A stretch of 46,371 nt of DNA from an uncultured Bacilli bacterium (GTDB taxonomy: Bacteria; Bacillota_I; Bacilli_A; RF39; UBA660). A program made the position numbers and the translations under genes. Shown here one piece after another: positions 34,877 to 44,050 of the stretch (positions are counted from its first letter, which is position 1; every line of letters begins with the position of its first letter). The notes beneath the pieces were generated by a model that worked only from the letters and a program-made list of their open reading frames with translations, had not been told where the DNA came from and did no database searches. The stretch spans positions 1 through 46,371 of the forward strand of contig CALVUT010000084.1 of the NCBI GenBank assembly GCA_944363675.1, written 5' to 3'.

Positions 34877-36751
34877 TTAAGCAACTCTCGGATTAGGATT
34901 TGCCGGTTCAATTTGCGGTGGTTCTCCAACATTCAATGTACTTTGAAGTTGTCCTGGAACTTGCGACATAGTTTGTCCTTGCGTTGCAGGCTGAGCCACT
35001 TCAACACTCCAGCACTTAGAAACATCACAGTTAGATGAATATGGAGGTGGATCTGGCATATTCATTTTCACAATCATTGGAATTTTAAACGCGCCACCAA
35101 AGGCGACACATGTACCAGGTTGTAATGTTTTTTGCTTTTCAATAACATCACTAGAGATATTTGGTAGCATCTCTTCAATGTATTTCAAGTCCTTTGGATG
35201 GGTCATTTTAAAAATTAAGAAATTAGAAATCTGGGCAATAACCGTATCACTTATTTCTACAGGTCGTTGCGAAATAACACCGAGTAAAGCACCATATTTA
35301 CGACCTTCTTTAGCAATACGATCAAAAATATTATAACCAAGTAAGAATGTGTCAGTATCATTTTGAATATAACGATGGGCCTCTTCCAAAATCAAATGCA
35401 TTGGCATAGAAGCTCTATCTTTTAAAGATTTCGTATAATCAAAAAGCAACCGACAAATAATCTTAACAATTACCTTTGCATAGACATCATCCACATCTTC
35501 TAAGTTAATATTAATAATTTGGGCCTTCTTACCATTTTTCATAATAAGAGAATTTACAAAATCTGTTGGGGTAACATAGCCTTTATTTACAAAATAATTG
35601 CCAACCTTTGTATTTAAAATACTAGATAAACGCACTTTGATCATAATAGCATCATCATAAACCTTACTGTTGTTCTGAAATCCTTCACTGATCAAAGTAA
35701 ACTCCAAAGCTTTTGAAAAATCTAACATCGAATAAGAATAAACCTCAGGTTCTTTAGTCTCTTCTAAAGTGTCGTCAACATGCTTTAAAATATAATCCGT
35801 AATTAAAACAGATTCACCAAAATAACCATTAGAATCAATTTCAAAACATTCTGAAAAACTTCTGGAATAACCTAAACCAGCAATTCTTGAGTCAAAATTA
35901 AAATCCGGTGTGTGACATACCTCAATAATCGTAAATATTTCATTTTTCTTATATGCCGTAGTTTGATTACTAAATAAAATAGCAAGTAAAGCTTTAGCAA
36001 TCAAATGATTTTTATAACGCTCACTTTCTTCATTATTTTGACTAAAAATCTTAGCTAAGCGAATAGTTCTTTCAATAATTGGAAGTTGACTATGACTACT
36101 TGCTTGTAAAAGTAAAGCCATGTCATCTAACTTTAACAAACTCACTGGAATTTCTAATGGCACATCATCAGGCTCAGTAACATTGGACGTAATAAATTTA
36201 TACTGATAATTCGGATTATAATTACTAATCCCCCTTAAAGCATTTTTATATTCTCCATAGGCATCAAATAAAAACAAATTCATGTTGCCATTAAAAACAG
36301 ATTTATCCATAAATAAATTCTGAATAATTCTCGAAATACCATGCGTTTTACCAGCACCAGAGTTACCACAAATAAAGAAGTGGTTTGAGAAAAACGCATT
36401 AACCTTAGGAAATACCGTATAATTTTTATAAATTGCACTTTGACCAAGTTCAAAAGACGTTTTATCTTTTACCCCAATAAGCTCTTGTAATTCGGCACCA
36501 TTAATAATTCTTATTTTACTAGATAAAAGTGGCTTGCGAATAACACCATTAACATATCTACCATCAATATATTCTCCTAAAAAACGAATCTTAATAATAT
36601 CCGGATTAATCTCTGAAATTTCCCCTAATATTCTTTGATTAGGTGCCTCAAAAATAACATGGACATTCATTAAATCCATAGATTCATCACTTTTTAAAGT
36701 GTTTTCCAAATGGGCAACCGATTCACTAATATAAATAATTCTTCCAAACAT
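34877..36751 (-). CDS. HerA-like (DUF87, FtsK/HerA superfamily) P-loop ATPase
   Basis: N-terminal barrel-like domain (GRIIYISESVAHLE...ILGEISEINPD..IRFLGE), Walker A GNSGAGKTH, Walker B HLILEEAHRY, GRKYGALLGVISQRP. P/Q-rich C-terminal tail. No TM segment. Confidence 0.7.
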   Translation of the reverse strand: MFGRIIYISESVAHLENTLKSDESMDLMNVHVIFEAPNQRILGEISEINPDIIKIRFLGEYIDGRYVNGVIRKPLLSSKIRIINGAELQELIGVKDKTSFELGQSAIYKNYTVFPKVNAFFSNHFFICGNSGAGKTHGISRIIQNLFMDKSVFNGNMNLFLFDAYGEYKNALRGISNYNPNYQYKFITSNVTEPDDVPLEIPVSLLKLDDMALLLQASSHSQLPIIERTIRLAKIFSQNNEESERYKNHLIAKALLAILFSNQTTAYKKNEIFTIIEVCHTPDFNFDSRIAGLGYSRSFSECFEIDSNGYFGESVLITDYILKHVDDTLEETKEPEVYSYSMLDFSKALEFTLISEGFQNNSKVYDDAIMIKVRLSSILNTKVGNYFVNKGYVTPTDFVNSLIMKNGKKAQIININLEDVDDVYAKVIVKIICRLLFDYTKSLKDRASMPMHLILEEAHRYIQNDTDTFLLGYNIFDRIAKEGRKYGALLGVISQRPVEISDTVIAQISNFLIFKMTHPKDLKYIEEMLPNISSDVIEKQKTLQPGTCVAFGGAFKIPMIVKMNMPDPPPYSSNCDVSKCWSVEVAQPATQGQTMSQVPGQLQSTLNVGEPPQIEPANPNPRVA

Positions 36752-36930
36752 TTTTCATACCCTCTATTCTATTTATGATTATAACAAGAAAATTAAAAAA
36801 AATCTATGCTTAATTCATAGAATCCTATTTTCCTCTTCTATTTTTTAAGATAAAGCATACATATAACTAATTGGTATTAAAATCAAGTGAACCATTTGGT
36901 TATATGAAAAAATAGATATAGGTGATTATC

Positions 36931-37158
36931 ATGAATATTGATCGTTTAAAAGAAATCAGACAAGATCGAGATTTACAACAAAAAGATGTAGCCAAGATCT
37001 TAAGGACAAGTCAAGTCCAATATTCTCGGTATGAACGGGGTATTCGTACTATTCCTATTGATAAACTTGCTTTACTGGCCAAATATTATGATGTTAGTGT
37101 CGATTATCTACTCGGACTTACAAATGAACGAAAACCATATCCTAAATCTAAAGTATAA
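36931..37158 (+). CDS. XRE-family helix-turn-helix transcriptional regulator
   Basis: LKEIRQDRDLQQKDVAKILRTSQVQYSRYERGIRTIPIDKLALLAKYYDVSVDYLLGL is a classic Cro/CI HTH. RBS aggtga before ATG 36931. Divergent from the HerA-like gene. Confidence 0.8.
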   Translation: MNIDRLKEIRQDRDLQQKDVAKILRTSQVQYSRYERGIRTIPIDKLALLAKYYDVSVDYLLGLTNERKPYPKSKV

Positions 37159-37195
37159 AAAAAGAAATCATTGTCGCCTTTGATTTCTTTTATTT
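37157..37195. terminator. Bidirectional stem-loop
   Basis: aaagaaatca-(10 nt)-tgatttcttt lies between the XRE stop and the 3' end of the 73 aa ORF, which it overlaps. Confidence 0.5.
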
Positions 37196-37389
37196 AAAAC
37201 AACTAACATAGCCTCTTTTAAAGAAAAATTTGTCTGATAAAAAGAATTAACTGCTGTTAAGAAAACTTTACACATTTGCTGTAAATTTTCAAAAGCTCTT
37301 TGTTTTCCTTCAGCTGTCCTAGCCTTACTATAGCGATGGTAAGCCTCTACTATAGAAGAAAGCCAGCCATAAAGCTCCTCTTCTGTCAT
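37168..37389 (-). CDS. Hypothetical 73 aa helical protein, translationally coupled to gatB
   Basis: ATGA overlap with the gatB stop. No recognised motif. Confidence 0.4.
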   Translation of the reverse strand: MTEEELYGWLSSIVEAYHRYSKARTAEGKQRAFENLQQMCKVFLTAVNSFYQTNFSLKEAMLVVLNKRNQRRQ

Positions 37390-38843
37390 CTTTTAGCCAA
37401 TTCTTTCATCAATATCTCTTTCGTCATAACTGGATTAGCTTTGCCACGAGTCTCTTTCATAACTTGACCCACAAAATAATCAAAAAGATTTGTTTTGCCG
37501 TTTTTATATTGTTCTATTTGAGCAGAGTTATGATCTAAAATAGTAGTAATAATGGTACTTAAAACAGACACATCAGAAATTTGAGCATTATCCTTACTTA
37601 TATAATTTTTAGGTTCTTTTTTCTCCTCACATGCTTTATAGAAAATTTCTTTGGCTTGTTTTGAAGAAATACTGCCCTCTTTTATTGCATCCGTAATTTG
37701 TTTTAAATAAGCTGGTGTAAGATAAAAGTCTTCAATACTAAGATCTTCCTTATTTAATTCGCCAACGATAGTTACAGTTACCCAATTGGCTGCGGTTTTC
37801 GCATCCATACCTAAGCGAATACATTCTTCAAAATAATCCGAAATAGCTTTTTCTTTAATAAGGACATTGGCATCATATTCACTTAATTGATATTCATGGA
37901 TATACGTCTGTTTTCTTTCCGAAGCAAGTTTAGGAATTGAAGATGCGATTTCGTCTAACCATGTCTTAGTCACTTTAAACTTTGGAATATTTGGTTCTAC
38001 AAAATATTTATAATCTAAAGCATCAACTTTACTACGCATATAAATCGTGCTAAAGGTATCTTCATCCCACCGTCTTGTTTGCTGAGGCATTTCATCATAA
38101 GTACCGTTTTCCTTTAACTCGAGTTGGCGTTCAATCTCGTAATTGATCGCATCCCGTACACCTCCAAAAGAATTGACGTTTTTCATTTCTACTTTTGTTC
38201 CCCAGTTTTCCGGATTACTTTCATCCAAAGAAGCATCCATAATAGATACATTAACATCGCACCTCACTTGTCCTTTTTTCGTATCGGCATCCGAAATACC
38301 AGCATATTGATATACACTGCGCATATGTTCCAAGAAAGCCATAGCTTCTTCACCAGAATGAAAATCCGGCTCGGTAACAAGCTCAAGCAAAGGCACACCT
38401 GAACGATTATAATCAATCGTACTCGTTGTTTCATAGTGATCTAAACTAGCTGAGTCTTCTTCTAAGTGAATATTATTAATTCGTACCCTTTTCATTTGAC
38501 CTTTATATTCATAATCTACATATCCATAAATACCAACGGGAATAGGCTTAGTTTCCTGGGTAATTTGATAACCTTTAGGTAAGTCGGGATAGTAATAATT
38601 TTTTCGTTCAAACCAAATGTATTCTGGCTGAGTGCAATTAGTAATCATGCTGGCCATTAAAGCAAGACGAACAGCCTCTTTATTGACTACCGGAAGAGTT
38701 CCTGGAAACCCCATATCTAAAGGTTGAACACAAGAATTCGGTTCATCGCTATAAGTATTAGGGGCCGTAGAAAAGACTTTACTTTTTGTTTTAGAAATTT
38801 CACAATGCATTTCTAACCCGATTTTTGCTAAATACTTAGTCAT
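37386..38843 (-). CDS. gatB: Asp-tRNA(Asn)/Glu-tRNA(Gln) amidotransferase subunit B
   Basis: IGLEMHCE, FPGTLPV, DLNRSG-like (DYNRSGVPLLE), C-terminal YqeY-like domain. Start at MTKYLAK (ATG 38843). Confidence 0.92.
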   Translation of the reverse strand: MTKYLAKIGLEMHCEISKTKSKVFSTAPNTYSDEPNSCVQPLDMGFPGTLPVVNKEAVRLALMASMITNCTQPEYIWFERKNYYYPDLPKGYQITQETKPIPVGIYGYVDYEYKGQMKRVRINNIHLEEDSASLDHYETTSTIDYNRSGVPLLELVTEPDFHSGEEAMAFLEHMRSVYQYAGISDADTKKGQVRCDVNVSIMDASLDESNPENWGTKVEMKNVNSFGGVRDAINYEIERQLELKENGTYDEMPQQTRRWDEDTFSTIYMRSKVDALDYKYFVEPNIPKFKVTKTWLDEIASSIPKLASERKQTYIHEYQLSEYDANVLIKEKAISDYFEECIRLGMDAKTAANWVTVTIVGELNKEDLSIEDFYLTPAYLKQITDAIKEGSISSKQAKEIFYKACEEKKEPKNYISKDNAQISDVSVLSTIITTILDHNSAQIEQYKNGKTNLFDYFVGQVMKETRGKANPVMTKEILMKELAKR

Positions 38844-40299
38844 GGTGCACCTCCTTCGCAATTTGATCTTTATAATTCATTTGACTTTCTAAATCATGAG
38901 CAATGTGCAAAGTAAGCTCATCGTTATAACAATTGCCTGTAATATTAATACCCACCGGCAAACCGCCAATAAAACCATCAGGAATTGTAATAGAAGGAAA
39001 CCCTCCAAAATTACCAATCTGTAAATGTTCTTCAAGTATCTGTGTATTTTCGTCCAAAATGTCTGTAGAACCTTCTAACTTTTTAGCAGGTCCACTACCA
39101 ACAGGTAAAATGACGGCATCATAGTCTTTAAAGATCTCTTTATAACGATCGACAATCAGTCTTCTGACTCTCTGAGCATTACGGAAATACCTTTCTTGAT
39201 TTTCCTTTTGTAAAACATAAGAACCAATGACAAACCGTCTTTTAATCAAAGACGAAAATCCTTTCGTACGATGATCCTTAATCATATCGACATAATTATC
39301 CCCTTCACCTCGAGGTCCAAAGACAATACCAGTCAAATTGGATAAATTACTTGTTGCTTCGGCACAAGACAAAACCACATAAACACTTGGGACAGCTTTA
39401 AGTAATTGCTCATCAATACTCACTTCATCCACTGTATAGCCAAGATCCTTTAAATGATTTAACGTTTTTTGGAAGTTTTCTAAATGTTCTTTTAGTTCCG
39501 CAGAAGCATTTGGATAATTTTCTAAAGAACAAATTTCCTTAATCGTACAAATTTTCTTTCTGCCTAAATCTTTATCCAAAGAATCATACAAATGAACCTG
39601 AGAAGAATCCCAACTGGTCATATCTTTCGGATCAATACCCTTCATTGCATCCACGACAATCGCAGCATCTTCCACACTTCTTGTCAAAACACCACAATGA
39701 TCTAAACTAGAAGCAAAAGCAAACAAACCATAACGACTAATCATGCCATACGTAGGCTTATACCCGACAATACCACAGTAAGCTGCCGGTTTACGAATAG
39801 AGTCTCCTGTATCACTTCCTAGAGCATAAGGATAAACCCCACTAGCAACAGCTGCCGCACTTCCAGAAGAACTACCGGCACACATACGTGTGTGATCCCA
39901 AGGATTGGTGACCACACCAGTATGACAAGTCGTTCCAGTCCCGCCCATTCCAAATTCGTCTAAAGCGGTTTTATTTACTGGTACGGCCCCATGACGAGCT
40001 AAATTTTCAACAGCCGTTGCTGAGAAAAAAGGCACATAATCTTTAAGTGTATTAGAAGATCCTGTCGATAAAATTCCCTTTGTTGAATAATTATCTTTAA
40101 TACCATAGGGAATACCACTGAGGTAATCGTCAGTAACTTCTTTTCCCTTTGCTTCATCTAAAATCGTCACAAAAGCATTACAACTTGCCTGCACCTCATG
40201 AGATTTTTCTAAAGATTCACGAACAAGCTCATCACTCGTTACTTCCCCTTTTTTAAGTAGCTTATGTAATTCTAAAATTCCTTTATCCATATAGGCCAT
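38836..40299 (-). CDS. gatA: Asp-tRNA(Asn)/Glu-tRNA(Gln) amidotransferase subunit A
   Basis: Amidase signature region (GIKDNYSTKG..., CAGSSSGSAAAVASG, GSDTGDSIRKPAA). Start at MAYMDKGILELHKLL (ATG 40299), overlapping the gatC stop. Confidence 0.92.
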   Translation of the reverse strand: MAYMDKGILELHKLLKKGEVTSDELVRESLEKSHEVQASCNAFVTILDEAKGKEVTDDYLSGIPYGIKDNYSTKGILSTGSSNTLKDYVPFFSATAVENLARHGAVPVNKTALDEFGMGGTGTTCHTGVVTNPWDHTRMCAGSSSGSAAAVASGVYPYALGSDTGDSIRKPAAYCGIVGYKPTYGMISRYGLFAFASSLDHCGVLTRSVEDAAIVVDAMKGIDPKDMTSWDSSQVHLYDSLDKDLGRKKICTIKEICSLENYPNASAELKEHLENFQKTLNHLKDLGYTVDEVSIDEQLLKAVPSVYVVLSCAEATSNLSNLTGIVFGPRGEGDNYVDMIKDHRTKGFSSLIKRRFVIGSYVLQKENQERYFRNAQRVRRLIVDRYKEIFKDYDAVILPVGSGPAKKLEGSTDILDENTQILEEHLQIGNFGGFPSITIPDGFIGGLPVGINITGNCYNDELTLHIAHDLESQMNYKDQIAKEVHHD

Positions 40300-40595
40300 T
40301 ATCCCACCACCTTTGGTACCACAATACAAGCGCCATCTTCATCATCACTGTTGCGTAGTAAATCATCGATAGGCACAGGCTCACTTGCCACATCTTCTCG
40401 CATTTCATAAACAAAATCATCTAAGGCATGCGTCATTGGCTCAACTTTTTGAATATCGGGAATCTTCTCTACAGCTTGCAGACTTTCATCAATCACATCA
40501 AATTCACTGACAATCATATCTTTTTCTTCTTCAGTTAAACCAATCAAAAGCTTGTCGGCATAATCATCAATCATTTCTTTTGTAAATTTACTCAT
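40299..40595 (-). CDS. gatC: Asp-tRNA(Asn)/Glu-tRNA(Gln) amidotransferase subunit C
   Basis: 98 aa. Position between aspS and gatA, with ...LTEEEKDMIVSEFDVIDESLQAVEKI... pattern. Confidence 0.85.
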   Translation of the reverse strand: MSKFTKEMIDDYADKLLIGLTEEEKDMIVSEFDVIDESLQAVEKIPDIQKVEPMTHALDDFVYEMREDVASEPVPIDDLLRNSDDEDGACIVVPKVVG

Positions 40596-42349
40596 TTTTC
40601 CTTCACCTCTATCTTAATTCCTAACTCTTTTAATTGCTCTTTTGAAAGTTCACTAGGCGAACCCATCAAATAATCAGCACCACTAGTGCTTGTTGGAAAG
40701 GCTTGAACTTCCCGTAAGTTTGGTTCATCTAAAAGAAGCATCAAGATCCGATCAATTCCTGGAGCCATTCCCCCATGCGGAGGACATCCATATTTAAAAG
40801 CCGTGATAATCGATTGAAACTTCTTTTCTACATCTTCCCTTGTATAACCAACCACCTCAAAACCATGAATCAAACTATCGACTTCATGATTGCGAATTGC
40901 ACCACTAGCCATTTCGTAACCATTGCAAACAAAGTCATATTGATAGGCCAAAATATCTAAAACGTCCTTTTCTTCATAATCTTTCATGCCACCATGAGGA
41001 AGACTAAAAGGATTATGACAAAACTCAATCTTTCTTTTCTCTTCGTCATACTCAAACATCGGAAAATCCTTGACGATACAAAATTCAAACCGATTCTCGT
41101 CAATCAATGCCATCTTTTTTCCTAAATAATCCCGAATCTGACCAGCATATTTCAAAGCGGTCTTCTCTTTGCGATTGGCAATGAAAAACATGACGTCATT
41201 AGCTTTCATATGTTCTTGAAAAATCAAACTTTTTCTTTCTCCATCTGTTAAAAACTTATCAATTGGCCCTTTAAAAGAACCATCTGAAAGTAAAGTAAGA
41301 TAGCCAATCCCAGGCATGCCAATGCTACTTGCAAACTCGACAATTTCATTAAACCAACTATTTGAATTTTCCCCAATACCTGTCACAACAATTGCTTTAA
41401 CAAAACTCTTTTGAAAAGGTTTGAATGTCGTCTCTTTTAAAATTTCGCTAACATCTGTAATGACTAAAGGATTACGTAAATCCGGTTTATCCGTGCCATA
41501 CTTACTCATCGCTTCTTGATACGTCAAACGCTTAAATGGCCTTGAACTAACCTCTTTATCGGAAAACTTCTTAAACGTATCATAAAAGATTTCTTCACCA
41601 ACCTGAAGCACATCTTCTTCCGTCACATAACTCATCTCATAATCGAGTTGATAAAACTCTAATGTTCGATCTTTTCGGGCGTCTTCATCCCGAAAACATG
41701 GAGCAATCTGAAAATACTTTTCGACACCCCCAACCATTAATAACTCTTTATATATTTGTGGAGCCTGCGGAAGCGCATAAAATTTTCCTTTAAAATTACG
41801 TGAAGGAACGACAAAATCTCGAGCACCTTCCGGACTAGAAGCCGTAAGAATTGGTGTTTGAACTTCCATAAAACCTAGATCATACATCTTGTTGCGTAAA
41901 AAATGCAAAAGCTCATGACGCATTTTTAATTTCTGTTTAACTTTATCATTACGTAGATCCAAATAACGATATTTAAGGCGAATATCTTCATTTGATTTCT
42001 CACTCCGCCAAATCTCAAAAGGTAAAATGCTCTGTGCTTCACTTAAAACATCCAATTCTTGGACGAATAACTCAACTTCTCCTGTTTTAATATGAGGATT
42101 ATACGTTTCTTCACTGCGCAAGCGAATAAGTCCCTTAACCCGAATAACACTTTCCTTTGTTAAATGAGCAAAAATCGTATCGTCATTACTCACAACTTGA
42201 ACAACTTCAGTCGTATCTCGTAAATCCAAAAACAAAACACCACCATGGTCCCGGATTGTCTCAACCCAACCGCTAATGGTAACCTCATGATCTAACATTT
42301 CTCTAGAAACATCTTTGCAATAACAAGTTCGATAACTATTTGGTTGCAT
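40592..42349 (-). CDS. aspS: Aspartate--tRNA ligase (bacterial type)
   Basis: OB-fold N-terminus (ISGWVETIRDHGGVLFLDLRD), motif 2 FRDEDARKDR, insertion domain, motif 3 GGMAPGIDR. Confidence 0.92.
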   Translation of the reverse strand: MQPNSYRTCYCKDVSREMLDHEVTISGWVETIRDHGGVLFLDLRDTTEVVQVVSNDDTIFAHLTKESVIRVKGLIRLRSEETYNPHIKTGEVELFVQELDVLSEAQSILPFEIWRSEKSNEDIRLKYRYLDLRNDKVKQKLKMRHELLHFLRNKMYDLGFMEVQTPILTASSPEGARDFVVPSRNFKGKFYALPQAPQIYKELLMVGGVEKYFQIAPCFRDEDARKDRTLEFYQLDYEMSYVTEEDVLQVGEEIFYDTFKKFSDKEVSSRPFKRLTYQEAMSKYGTDKPDLRNPLVITDVSEILKETTFKPFQKSFVKAIVVTGIGENSNSWFNEIVEFASSIGMPGIGYLTLLSDGSFKGPIDKFLTDGERKSLIFQEHMKANDVMFFIANRKEKTALKYAGQIRDYLGKKMALIDENRFEFCIVKDFPMFEYDEEKRKIEFCHNPFSLPHGGMKDYEEKDVLDILAYQYDFVCNGYEMASGAIRNHEVDSLIHGFEVVGYTREDVEKKFQSIITAFKYGCPPHGGMAPGIDRILMLLLDEPNLREVQAFPTSTSGADYLMGSPSELSKEQLKELGIKIEVKEK

Positions 42350-42360
42350 AATATCCTCCT

Positions 42361-43737
42361 TTAAAAATCACAATTTCCTGGTGTTCTTGGATATGGAATC
42401 ACGTCGCGAATATTATCCACTCCAGTAAGATAGATAAGTAACCGCTCAAAGCCCATGCCAAATCCTGAATGCACCACACTACCATAACGACGTAAATCGG
42501 TATACCATTTCATTTCTTCTAAATCCATATCCAGTTCTTTCATTCTTGTCACTAACTTATCGTAGTCTTCTTCTCTTTGACTGCCACCCATAAGTTCTCC
42601 TGATAATGGCACTTCAAGATCAACCGCCCGAACTGTTTTTCCATCATCATTTTGCTTCATATAAAAAGCCTTAATATCTTTAGGCCAATCCGTTATAAAA
42701 ACTGGTCCATGAAAATATTCTGTAATATAAGTCTCATGTTCTTTGTGAATATCTTCACCATACTCTGGCTCGAATTCCCATTTTTGATTTGCATTCTTTA
42801 AAATCGTAATGACTTCCTCATGCGTTACGCGAGTAAATGTTGAACGAACTAAATCCTCTAATTTCTGCACTAATCCAGGAGATTGAAATTTATCTAAAAA
42901 TAAAAGCTCATCCTTAGCATGCTCTAAAGTATAAGAAACAATGTATTTTAACATATCTTCTTCAATATCCATAAGTCCATCCAAATCACAAAAAGCAATC
43001 TCTGGTTCTATCATCCAAAACTCAGCCGCATGTGTCTTTGTATTCGAGTTTTCAGCTCGAAAAGTTGGACCGAACGTATATACTTTAGAAAAAGCCATAG
43101 CAAACGTCTCGGCCTCAAGTTGACCTGAAACCGTCAAGTTCGTTCTCTTGCCAAAAAAATCTTTTGTATAATCCACCTTGCCATTTAGTTTATCTAAAGG
43201 TAAAGTCGTTACCTCAAACATTTCTCCAGCTCCTTCACAATCACTAGCCGTTAAAATAGGCGCATGAAAATATACATAACCATTCTTTCCAAAATACTCA
43301 TGAATAGCTAACGAAGCCACTGAACGAATCCGAAAAACTGCTTGAAACAAATTTGCTCTTGGTCTTAAATGGGCAATACTACGTAAAAATTCTTTCGTAT
43401 GTCTTTTGGGCTGCAAAGGATAATCTGCATCACATTTTCCTAACACTTTCACTCTTTTTGCTTTTAATTCCACACTTTGATTTTTACCTTCACTTTGCAC
43501 AAGTTCACCATAAACTTCAATAGAAGAGCCAAAAGGTATCGAACCGATCTCTTCAAAATCTTCCGTACCCTTATCATACACAACTTGTAAACGTTTCATA
43601 CTAGTGCCATCAGATAACTCAATAAAACCTAAATCTTTACTATCTCTGTGACTACGAATCCATCCTGAAACACAAATATTGGCTCCAATGTAATCTTTTT
43701 CTTTTTCCCATAACTCATGTAAATACATATTCTTCAT
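42361..43737 (-). CDS. asnS: Asparagine--tRNA ligase
   Basis: VSGWIRSHRD OB fold, FRAENSNTKTHAAEFWMIEPE, GFGMGFERL. ~458 aa. Confidence 0.92.
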   Translation of the reverse strand: MKNMYLHELWEKEKDYIGANICVSGWIRSHRDSKDLGFIELSDGTSMKRLQVVYDKGTEDFEEIGSIPFGSSIEVYGELVQSEGKNQSVELKAKRVKVLGKCDADYPLQPKRHTKEFLRSIAHLRPRANLFQAVFRIRSVASLAIHEYFGKNGYVYFHAPILTASDCEGAGEMFEVTTLPLDKLNGKVDYTKDFFGKRTNLTVSGQLEAETFAMAFSKVYTFGPTFRAENSNTKTHAAEFWMIEPEIAFCDLDGLMDIEEDMLKYIVSYTLEHAKDELLFLDKFQSPGLVQKLEDLVRSTFTRVTHEEVITILKNANQKWEFEPEYGEDIHKEHETYITEYFHGPVFITDWPKDIKAFYMKQNDDGKTVRAVDLEVPLSGELMGGSQREEDYDKLVTRMKELDMDLEEMKWYTDLRRYGSVVHSGFGMGFERLLIYLTGVDNIRDVIPYPRTPGNCDF

Positions 43738-43752
43738 CCTTTCCTAAAAATT

Positions 43753-43960
43753 AAAAAACCTAAGTAAACTGTAAGGACGAAATAAATTCCGCGGTGCCAC
43801 CTTACTTTACCTAGGTACTCTTTCTATAGTTTTATCGGTCCAACCGTTTTTAAGTACAATCAAAGAAGTGTTTTTCAAATACTTTTTATGAGGCATTTCC
43901 ACCAACTAGCCCTCTCTTTCATAAAACAAATATTTTACTCGTTTCTTTCTTAAAAAGTTC
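43753..43960 (-). promoter_or_regulatory. T-box riboswitch leader of asnS (probable AAC/Asn specifier)
   Basis: - strand: stem I start AGAGAGG. Candidate specifier loop GAAAAACA, with AAC at 43872-43870 followed by a purine. T-box core AGUAAGGUGGCACCGCG matches the consensus at 14/17. Terminator ccuagguaaaguaagg...ccuuacaguuuacuuagg plus U6 competes with the T-box antiterminator. Confidence 0.75.
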
Positions 43961-43966
43961 TCTTTT

Positions 43967-43995
43967 ATTTTATTCTATTTTTTTCTTCTCGTCAA
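43967..43995 (-). promoter_or_regulatory. Sigma-A-type promoter of the T-box/asnS operon
   Basis: - strand TTGACG (43995-43990), 17 nt spacer, TAAAAT (43972-43967). Confidence 0.45.
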
Positions 43996-44006
43996 TTCTT
44001 TTTTTA

Positions 44007-44050
44007 GTTATTCCCAGAAAAGTGTCCTTTTCCAGTTTTTTGGGAATAAC
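44007..44050. repeat. Palindromic element, copy A (15 bp stem, 14 nt loop)
   Basis: GTTATTCCCAGAAAA-GTGTCCTTTTCCAG-TTTTTTGGGAATAAC. Its last base is part of the TAG stop of the ATPase gene. Confidence 0.85.
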
